NCBI GenBank assembly: GCA_944358385.1
Contig: CALVQW010000010.1
Location: forward strand, 3,347 to 67,346
DNA from: an uncultured Clostridia bacterium
Lineage (GTDB): Bacteria > Bacillota > Clostridia > Christensenellales > CAG-917
Reading direction: 5' to 3'
DNA length: 64,000 nt
The first letter of the stretch is position 1, and each line of letters starts with the position of its first letter. The position numbers and the translations under genes were made by a program. The notes beneath the pieces were generated by a model that searched no databases, had not been told where the DNA came from, and saw nothing but the letters and a program-made list of their open reading frames with translations. This document shows positions 20,680 to 27,641 of this stretch, in pieces.

Positions 20680-21846
20680 TTACATGCTCTGTTCAAGGAT
20701 CATCTTGACATCCGCCGCTGTCAGCACCTTATATCCGCCCTCGTTGAGGAAGGTAGCTTTCACGATGCCGTCCAGCATGTCGGGGGTGGCACCAAGCTCG
20801 GAGATGTTCATGACCAATCCTATCTCGTGCATCCACTTCTCCATCTCGTCAAGACCTTCCGAAGCAACTTGCTCCTTGCTCTTGCCGGCAGCGTCCACCC
20901 CCCAGACGTTGACGGCGTAACGGGCGAATTTGTCCACGCCGTACGGCATGATGAGGCGGTAATATGGCATGGAGACTGCGGAGAGCGTCATGCCGTGGGT
21001 GGCGTCGGTGTACGCGCCGACTGCTTGCCCCAGCATATGCACTTCCCAATCCGTGGCTTTGCCCTTTGCGATGAGGGTGTTGAGTGCCCAGGTCGCAGTC
21101 CACATGATGTTGCTGCGCGCCTCGTAATTTTTGGGATCTTTCACCGCGATGCGGGAGCTGTGGATGAGGGAGCGCAACAGACCTTCCGCGATGTAGTCCG
21201 ACGTGTTGTCGTCCTCACCGGAAAAATATTGCTCCAAAATGTGGGACATGATGTCATAAAAGCCCGCCTTCATCTGATATTCGGGGAGCGTGTAGGTGAA
21301 CTCGGGATCGAGCACCGAGAACTTGGGGAACACTTCCTCGCCGAATACGTGCCCTATCTTGAGCTTCTCGGCGTGATTGGTGATGACGGAGCCGCCGTTC
21401 ATCTCGCTGCCCGTGCCCACCATGGTCAGCACACAGCCCACGGGGATGAGCTTGCAGGTCGGCTCTTCGAACCGGATAAAATATTTCTCCCAAGCGTCCT
21501 CGCCGCAATACGCCGAGACGGACACCGCCTTTGCGTAGTCGCACACCGATCCGCCGCCCACGGCGAGGATGAGATCCGCCTTGCACGCACGCGCGCGCTC
21601 GCATCCCTCATTCAGTTTCTCCACGGTGGGGTTGGGCATGACGCCCGCGTCCTCGGTGATATCCTTGCCGCACTCGCGGAGAATGGCGGTCACCTTGTCG
21701 TAGATGCCGTTGCGCTTGATGGAGCCGCCGCCGTAGACCAACATCACGTTCTTGCCGTATTTTTCCAGCTCGCCTTTCAGTCCGTCCAGCGCGTTCTTGC
21801 CGAAATAGAGTTTGGTGGGGTTGCAATAAGTGAAATCACCCAGCAT
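20680..21846 (-). CDS. Iron-containing alcohol dehydrogenase (NADH-dependent butanol dehydrogenase-like)
   Basis: MLGDFTYCNPTKLYFGKNAL...VMLVYGGGSIKRNGIYD, GGGSVCDYAKA; full-length Fe-ADH. Confidence 0.9.
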   Translation of the reverse strand: MLGDFTYCNPTKLYFGKNALDGLKGELEKYGKNVMLVYGGGSIKRNGIYDKVTAILRECGKDITEDAGVMPNPTVEKLNEGCERARACKADLILAVGGGSVCDYAKAVSVSAYCGEDAWEKYFIRFEEPTCKLIPVGCVLTMVGTGSEMNGGSVITNHAEKLKIGHVFGEEVFPKFSVLDPEFTYTLPEYQMKAGFYDIMSHILEQYFSGEDDNTSDYIAEGLLRSLIHSSRIAVKDPKNYEARSNIMWTATWALNTLIAKGKATDWEVHMLGQAVGAYTDATHGMTLSAVSMPYYRLIMPYGVDKFARYAVNVWGVDAAGKSKEQVASEGLDEMEKWMHEIGLVMNISELGATPDMLDGIVKATFLNEGGYKVLTAADVKMILEQSM

Positions 21847-21906
21847 ATTTTTTCTCCTTATGTTTAGTCTGTTTATAGTGTTCGGACAGCACCCGTCCGA
21901 GACATT

Positions 21907-22389
21907 TCAGCGAAGGAAGCCTTCCGCCCACGCCCTGAGCGCGGCTTCGTCCTGCCTGCCGTTCAGCATCCTGCCCTCCGCCACCGCAGCCGAAGGACAC
22001 ACCTTGCGCATCGCAGCGGCGGTTTTACCCAGCCCGCTCCCGCCGGACGTCGCAAACGGCACCACCGTCTTGGCGGCAAAATCGTAGCTTTCAAGGAAGG
22101 TCTCCACGATCCTCGGCGCGGTGTACCACCACACCGGGAATCCGAGGAAGATCACATCGCTCTCCGCCACATCCGCACATCTGCCCGCGATGGCGGGACG
22201 GCAACTCTCGTCCTTCATTTCCAGCGTGCTGCGGCTCTTTTTGTCCGTCCAATCGAGGTCCGCCGCCGTGTACGGCTCGGCAGGCTCTATCTCATAAACC
22301 TTCGCGCCGATCGCCGCCGCAAGCACACGCGCTGCGCGCTCCGTAGTCCCCGTGCACGAAAAATATGCCACCAATGCTTTCTTTGCCAT
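21907..22389 (-). CDS. Flavodoxin
   Basis: MAKKALVAYFSCTGTTERAARVLA...VIFLGFPVWWYTAP. Start at 22389 has GGAGGAAGGAG upstream; the track ORF is extended upstream of this. Confidence 0.88.
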   Translation of the reverse strand: MAKKALVAYFSCTGTTERAARVLAAAIGAKVYEIEPAEPYTAADLDWTDKKSRSTLEMKDESCRPAIAGRCADVAESDVIFLGFPVWWYTAPRIVETFLESYDFAAKTVVPFATSGGSGLGKTAAAMRKVCPSAAVAEGRMLNGRQDEAALRAWAEGFLR

Positions 22390-22479
22390 AGCTCTCTCCT
22401 TCCTCCGCGCCGCGGCTTTCGGCACCCGTTCCCGTTCCGCTCCCGGTGCTCCGCATCCTGACGCTGTGTCAGCAAGAAT

Positions 22480-22508
22480 AATATACCACCGCTCTGACAC
22501 CGTGTCAA
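22480..22508 (-). promoter_or_regulatory. Candidate sigma-A promoter of the flavodoxin gene, with an overlapping palindrome
   Basis: Minus strand reads TTGACA-cggtgtcagagcggtgg(17)-TATATT. The palindrome TGACAC-c-GTGTCA overlaps the -35 element. Confidence 0.55.
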
Positions 22509-22660
22509 TATAAAAATGACTTTTATATCGTTTGGTCACATTTGATAAACCCGACCGGTGATATAATGAATATTACCATGTTCGCCACCGCTATTTCATA
22601 AACAGCCCACTATCGTTCAAACAACATCTGACTTGTTCCGCCAGCTACATTACTGCAAGA

Positions 22661-23791
22661 TCAGCTCAAATTAATTCCTTTTGCTTTCAATACATCACCT
22701 ATGGTACTTGCGGTATCTCCTGTCGAAGGCACAAGCGCTTTTATATTTTGTTTCCAGTTTTCTTCGAGTGAGGGGAGCATCATCTGCTTCAGCATATCTT
22801 CCGTGACATTGAGCAAGGTATACAACTCTGCAAAAGACATGATCTTGATCCGTCCGCCGTGACTTTTTTTCCGATAAGCCGCAGCGATCCGCCCTTTTCC
22901 TGCTTGAGCATTGGACATTTCATCATCTGTTGCAACAAACAAGTCATTATCTGTTACTTTCGGATTATAATCACTTCCGTGTTGCCTCATTAAGTACATC
23001 AAGAATAGCGCCTTTTTAGTACAATTCTCCTCAAATGCCTGCCCGAAACAATACTTCTTGCCGCTGAGCCTGCTTTTTACAGTCGCACCTACACTCGCGA
23101 GATACAAGCAGAACTCTTTAATACATCTCTTCCTTTGAGCGCGACTTAATAATTCGGGCGTTTTTTCCAGTGCTTCTAGCATTTCAGGCAAACTGTCACC
23201 CTTATAGCATATTTCGCCATCTTTGCTGCGGCCGAATGCCCTAGGATAAAGATCCGCAAAGAGCGAAAAATCAATTCCCGAATTCTGACACATCGCTCGA
23301 GTCAACCGCAATGAAAGAAGCGCGTCGTCATCGCTTTTATGCAAATGTTCCGGCTTTTCGATTGACATTGCATTTGCCGCGTCCTCCAACGAAATGCTAT
23401 AGTTTATATTGGCATACGTGCTATATGCTTTTTGCGAATCGAAAAACGAAAAGTTGATGTGCGGCAATCTGTAGCGCTCACAAGCCGCGCGCAAAAACTC
23501 GGCATCACTTTTTAGTGCATGCCCCATGACAATCTGATCCGGATATTCCAGAAGAGCTTTGATCGTATTATAATATGTCGTAAAAGGCAGACTGCCGTAA
23601 TATTGGTTTTTTGTAAAAAACAAATTTAAGCCTTTGCTTCCTGATCTTTCGGCTAAATCAAATCTGCTTTCGGGATTAATAAGAATGATGTCTTTTTCTA
23701 AAATTTTAAACTTATCGTCTGCAATCACGTAGCCGAACTCGCATATGTGCTTTCCGTCGCAACATTCTATATCAAATGCTAAATATCTCAT
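22661..23791 (-). CDS. DEDDh 3'-5' exonuclease domain protein with a C-terminal BRCT-like domain
   Basis: ExoI motif FDIECC, ExoII motif GHALKSDAEFL, ExoIII motif HKSDDDA. The C-terminal LSGKKYCFGQAF...LFVATDD...IKIMSFAELYTLL fits the BRCT pattern. The region is AT-richer than its flanks. Confidence 0.8.
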   Translation of the reverse strand: MRYLAFDIECCDGKHICEFGYVIADDKFKILEKDIILINPESRFDLAERSGSKGLNLFFTKNQYYGSLPFTTYYNTIKALLEYPDQIVMGHALKSDAEFLRAACERYRLPHINFSFFDSQKAYSTYANINYSISLEDAANAMSIEKPEHLHKSDDDALLSLRLTRAMCQNSGIDFSLFADLYPRAFGRSKDGEICYKGDSLPEMLEALEKTPELLSRAQRKRCIKEFCLYLASVGATVKSRLSGKKYCFGQAFEENCTKKALFLMYLMRQHGSDYNPKVTDNDLFVATDDEMSNAQAGKGRIAAAYRKKSHGGRIKIMSFAELYTLLNVTEDMLKQMMLPSLEENWKQNIKALVPSTGDTASTIGDVLKAKGINLS

Positions 23792-23982
23792 GTGTATCTC
23801 CTGCTTTTCTGAAAACCGAGACGGTCACCGCAGTGCCATATGACACTGCGGTCCTCGTCCGCCTGTTTAGAAAAACGAGCTTTATTTCGCTTCCGAAACG
23901 TAGGTATATTCCTAAAACAATTTACATGGATTCAACCACTTTCGATTGTTTTACACCTCGAAATGCGCCTGTCCTCTTCCTC

Positions 23983-24435
23983 TCAGTGTTTTTTCACTGC
24001 TGCCCATACGGCATTGAATTCTTCATCTGTTTTTGCCTGACACAAAGCCGACAGCGCTTGGTGGAATTCGCTCACTGTCATCGTTTTCTCATCTATAAAA
24101 GGTAACAACCTGTGTCTGAGTCGCATACTTTTGCTATATTCCACAAGCGCGTCATAATATAACTCTTTATCCTCTTCCATTTGTTTTTTTGCTTTTGTAT
24201 ATTCACGTATCGAGCAATCTCCGTAATGGTTGAGAATATACTCCCTGCGGATATTTTCAAATAACGCTTCTTTTTCGCGCTCTATCCTTTCTTCTGCAGA
24301 AATTACGCGTATCTCGTTCACTTCGCAATTGTTATCGATCTCGGCAAGTGCCTCCTTTTCCGATTCGGCTTTAATCACCCATTCAAACGACGAATCTTCT
24401 TCACCGCGCCAATTCCCTTTAACCAAATAATACAT
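23983..24435 (-). CDS. Hypothetical charged protein (150 aa)
   Basis: ORF in the AT-rich island, 15 nt downstream of the XRE gene on the same strand. I recognise no family. Confidence 0.6.
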   Translation of the reverse strand: MYYLVKGNWRGEEDSSFEWVIKAESEKEALAEIDNNCEVNEIRVISAEERIEREKEALFENIRREYILNHYGDCSIREYTKAKKQMEEDKELYYDALVEYSKSMRLRHRLLPFIDEKTMTVSEFHQALSALCQAKTDEEFNAVWAAVKKH

Positions 24436-24450
24436 ATCGTTTTCTCCTTT

Positions 24451-24684
24451 CTATTTTTCATTATCTCGCGCGAGCAAGTCCGCGATTCTCACCGACAAAA
24501 AATCGGCAAGTTGTTCCAGTGTATCGATATTGTTTATTCCTTTGTTGAGCCATCTGCTGAGTGTCCGTGTCTCGACTCCGTAGGCATAAGCAAAGTCTTC
24601 TTGTGTTCGGTATTTTGTTTCTTTTATCAGGCGTTTTACATTTTCGCCCACTATTTCGCTTAAAGGTTTGTACTGCTTTTCCAT
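24451..24684 (-). CDS. XRE-family HTH transcriptional regulator
   Basis: RTQEDFAYAYGVETRTLSRWLNKGINNIDTLEQLADFLSVRIADLL is an HTH_3-type sequence. GGAGGAGGAA lies upstream of the ATG. Confidence 0.85.
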   Translation of the reverse strand: MEKQYKPLSEIVGENVKRLIKETKYRTQEDFAYAYGVETRTLSRWLNKGINNIDTLEQLADFLSVRIADLLARDNEK

Positions 24685-24712
24685 TTCCTCCTCCAGAACT
24701 TGTACCTTGATT

Positions 24713-24754
24713 ATGTCAGCCTGACATTAAACAGTCTACGACAAATTTTGTCGT
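24713..24754. promoter_or_regulatory. Two perfect palindromes upstream of the island XRE gene (candidate operators)
   Basis: ATGTCAG-c-CTGACAT (24713-24727) and ACGACAAA-t-TTTGTCGT (24738-24754), 29-70 nt upstream of the start at 24684. Confidence 0.45.
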
Positions 24755-24797
24755 ATGCCAAACTAAAAATAGCAGACCGTTTTACCTCCCAAAAGCA

Positions 24798-24842
24798 ACT
24801 CCCGCCGTAAAAACGGCGGGAGTGTGGTACACCCGGCAGGAG
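24798..24842 (-). repeat. Displaced tRNA-Arg 3'-end fragment (18 nt) with its own terminator hairpin; att-like scar
   Basis: tggtacacccggcaggag (24825-24842) is identical to 25056-25073. It is adjacent to the hairpin actcccgccg taaaaa cggcgggagt (24798-24823). Confidence 0.75.
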
Positions 24843-25013
24843 GCGTAAGGAGCCCAAGGGGCGACGGAACAGCAAAGTGCCGGCATCTCTTCCGCACATC
24901 GCTTTTAGCAGCGGCTATGTATAATTCGCATGCAATGTTTCCCGGGGTCCCCGCAAAAAATACGCAGAATTTTTTGTGGGGTAAACGCGTCAGCGTCGGG
25001 TAAGACTCCTGCT

Positions 25014-25055
25014 CGGAAAACAGAAACCCCTGAGGCGAAAAACGCCTCAGGGGTT
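25014..25055 (-). terminator. Terminator directly after tRNA-Arg
   Basis: Minus-strand hairpin cccctgaggcg ttttt cgcctcagggg followed by tttctgtttt. Confidence 0.7.
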
Positions 25056-25132
25056 TGGTACACCCGGCAGGAGTCGAACCTGTGACCTTCAGAATCGGAA
25101 TCTGACACTCTATCCAACTGAGCTACGGGTGC
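25056..25132 (-). tRNA. tRNA-Arg (anticodon CCG)
   Basis: The reverse complement GCACCCGTAGCTCAGTTGGATAGAGTGTCAGATTCCGATTCTGAAGGTCACAGGTTCGACTCCTGCCGGGTGTACCA folds as a cloverleaf. The anticodon loop is TTCCGAT, the T-loop is TTCGACT, and CCA is encoded. Confidence 0.9.
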
Positions 25133-25774
25133 AAGCGTAATTATTTTAGACCAAAACGCGCGGAATGTCCAGCGCTTGAGCACCGCCGCGCCCATCTTCC
25201 GCACCGGCAAAGAACCGGAACCGCACAAAAGGCGCGCGCGACGTGCCACCGCATTGAAACAGGAGCGCCGCCGCGAAGGGGGAAAGGGTAATGCACCTGC
25301 CAGAACATGTACCGGATTTTCTCACGCGCCCTCCGTGGCAACGCACACGAGAGATTAAAGGACCCGAAATATTTTCCACCCTTTGTATCCTCTCTATTAT
25401 ATAGACTGTTTTTCGAGGGCAAAACGTTACACGAAAATGAAAAAATTTTTGATTTTTTGAAATTATTTTCAAAAACTCCGCTTTTTCCTGTTTTTTCGGG
25501 CGAACCGCGAAGAACGGCGCCCGCGGAAGGACGGGACGAGGGCGGTTTTTCGCCCTCTCCGTCCGCGCGGAAATAACGCGCGGACGGAGAATTTGCGTAT
25601 CGGCTTCCACCGGCGGCACTGTACGGCATCGGCGGAAGATAACGACGCAAGCTGTCCGGTCGCAAACACAGCGCGGTGCCGCACACTACAATGCGGCGCG
25701 CGGCTCCGAGTGTTTCCGCAAAATCGCGGAGATGAGTGCCGCGTAACGCGTGGCACGGTATGCCGGCAGCGTTT

Positions 25775-27538
25775 TCAGCCGAGATCGGGAGTGTCGGTGA
25801 TCTTCACACTCTGTGCCGCGCAGCCTTCGAGTTCGAGCAAAACTATTTCGTTGGGACGGTCGGTGTGAAGGAGGGCGCCGGGGAGATAGAGGGCACGCTG
25901 GGGTCCGACGTTCCAGAAACGCCCGAGGTTGAAGCCGTTGACCCAGATGTAGCCTTTGGTGAAACCGTCGAAGCGGACGAAGCACTCCGCTTTGCTCCGG
26001 GCGGTGAAGGTGCCGCGGAAGAACTTGGGGAACTTCTCCGCGCCGCGCGACCAATCCAGCTTCTCGATGTTGTCGAGGGGAAAGGACGTGACGTCAAAGT
26101 CCATGAGCGTCTGATTGTTGAACATGACGTCGGAGATACCCTTGCGGTCGCAGAGCTTCTCGCCGTAGTTCACCCTGCCCATGGCGTCCACGAGGACGGC
26201 GATCTCGTCTCCCTTTTTCATACCCTTGGCGAGGAAGGAATGCTTGCCTATGAGCTTGAAAAGCAGCTTGCCCTCGTCGCTGCGGCGGAAGGTGCGCATC
26301 CTCTCGCCGTTGACGAAAACGTGGGCTATGTCGCGCACTTCCCTGACGGAGAGGAACCCTGTGCCGTAGTATCCGGGGAGCGTGGTGCGATAGAGGATGA
26401 GACCGAAATCCTGCCCGTACTTTTCCATGGAGAGCGGCACGCCGGAACGGTGCTTCACGCCCACGGTGTCCTCATTCTCCATGAGTCCCGTACACTCGGT
26501 GAGACCGATCTTGCCGATGTCCTGCGTCTCAGGCTCAGGAGGCAAAACGGGAGGTTTAACCCCTTGTTTTGACCACATCAAGTCCCTGACTGCGTGATAA
26601 GCGGGGGTGTAGCCGCCGTACTCGTTGAGGAGGGCGCAATAGTCGTAGCTGGTGACGGTGGGCTGATAGCGCGAGGCGTAGTTCGCCCCTGCCGTGAATC
26701 CGAAATTGGTGCCGCCGTGGAACATATAGAAGTTGAAACTCGCGCCACGGTCGAGGAAGGCTTCCACCTCTTTCAGCACGCTCTTATATCCCCTGGTGTG
26801 GTGCTTCTCGCCGAAGTGGTCGAACCATCCGCACCAGAACTCCGTGCACATTTCCGGGGCGTCCTTCTGCACCTCTTTGAGCGCGGCGAAACTCCCCGCA
26901 ACATTGCTGCCGAAGTTGACGGTGACGAGCGCGCCCGGCGTGCTGCCGCCCGCGAGCATGTAGGGGCAGGTGCCATCCGACGTGAAGAGAAGCACATTCG
27001 CGCCGCACTCCTCCATGATGCCTTTGAGGGCGGCGAGATAGGTCTTGTCGTTGCCGTAGCTGCCGTACTCGTTCTCCACCTGCATGGCGATGATGGGACC
27101 GCCCTCGGTGCATTGAAGGTCGCCCACCTCCTCCATCACCCGCGCGATGTAGTCGCGCACATGGGAGAGATAGACGGCGTCGTTGCACCTAAGCCGCAGA
27201 TTTTCGTCCGCAAGCAGCCAAGCGGGGAACCCGCCCGCATCCCACTCCGCGCAGATGTAAGGACCGGGGCGCAGGATGACGTACAGCCCCAGCTCCCGCG
27301 CGGTCTCGATGTAGCGGCGGATGTCCAGCCTCCCCGAAAAATCGAACTGCCCTTTCTTAGGCTCGTGGAGATTCCAGCACATATAGGTCTCCACGGTGTT
27401 GAAGCCGCAGGCTTTGAGCTTTGAGAGCCTGTCGCGCCAATATTCGGGCAGGACGCGGAAATAGTGCATCGCGCCCGAGTATATCACGGTCTTTTTGCCG
27501 TCCGCGTAAAACGCTCCGTCCCTCGCTTCGAATCTCAT
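25775..27538 (-). CDS. Beta-galactosidase, glycoside hydrolase family 35
   Basis: SGAMHYFRVLPEYWRDRLSKLKACGFNTVETYMCWNLHEPKKGQFDFSG...RPGPYICAEWDAGGFPAWL is the GH35 signature. ATG at 27538 has GGAGGTG upstream. Confidence 0.9.
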   Translation of the reverse strand: MRFEARDGAFYADGKKTVIYSGAMHYFRVLPEYWRDRLSKLKACGFNTVETYMCWNLHEPKKGQFDFSGRLDIRRYIETARELGLYVILRPGPYICAEWDAGGFPAWLLADENLRLRCNDAVYLSHVRDYIARVMEEVGDLQCTEGGPIIAMQVENEYGSYGNDKTYLAALKGIMEECGANVLLFTSDGTCPYMLAGGSTPGALVTVNFGSNVAGSFAALKEVQKDAPEMCTEFWCGWFDHFGEKHHTRGYKSVLKEVEAFLDRGASFNFYMFHGGTNFGFTAGANYASRYQPTVTSYDYCALLNEYGGYTPAYHAVRDLMWSKQGVKPPVLPPEPETQDIGKIGLTECTGLMENEDTVGVKHRSGVPLSMEKYGQDFGLILYRTTLPGYYGTGFLSVREVRDIAHVFVNGERMRTFRRSDEGKLLFKLIGKHSFLAKGMKKGDEIAVLVDAMGRVNYGEKLCDRKGISDVMFNNQTLMDFDVTSFPLDNIEKLDWSRGAEKFPKFFRGTFTARSKAECFVRFDGFTKGYIWVNGFNLGRFWNVGPQRALYLPGALLHTDRPNEIVLLELEGCAAQSVKITDTPDLG

Positions 27539-27641
27539 TTTCACCTCCACCCGCGCGCCGCGCGGTGCAATGCGGATGCAGCCCTTGGCATCCGCCCTCT
27601 AAAACGCGCGCCGCCCGCAGGCGGCGCGTTTAGATATGATC

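Noticed and set aside
19774-21867. A 697-aa + strand ORF, together with similar long ORFs at 14741..15934, 18060..19172, 27636..29123, 29353..31254, 31535..32497, 33312..34601, 34639..35859, 36043..37320, 37047..38570, 38150..39622, 46088..47506, 47394..48653, 53757..55277, 55536..56573, 61449..62516 and 62513..63877
   Set aside because: Each lies antisense to, or out of frame with, a gene that has an unmistakable conserved product (Fe-ADH, CysK, GPH transporter, GAPDH, Fba, SecY, ribosomal proteins, His enzymes). Their translations are Arg/Gly/Ala/His-rich low-complexity strings of the kind stop-codon-poor GC-rich DNA produces. None has an SD or a recognisable domain.
22545-25132. A prophage or integrative element at tRNA-Arg
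   Set aside because: There are no integrase, excisionase, replication, structural or lysis genes. Only three small or medium genes are present. The duplicated tRNA end brackets only 213 bp and not the island, so I report an att-like scar and a small island separately rather than calling a prophage.
24905-25249. A 114-aa minus-strand ORF, with neighbouring ORFs 25141..25686, 25146..25619 and 24711..24899
   Set aside because: They overlap the tRNA-Arg gene, its terminator or the att-like repeat. The sequence is low-complexity, with no SD and no conserved domain.
25140-25400. A possible SRP RNA, 6S RNA or other housekeeping ncRNA upstream of tRNA-Arg
   Set aside because: I could not find the SRP domain IV motif or any other diagnostic conserved sequence by eye. 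It is kept only as a low-interest finding that needs cmscan.
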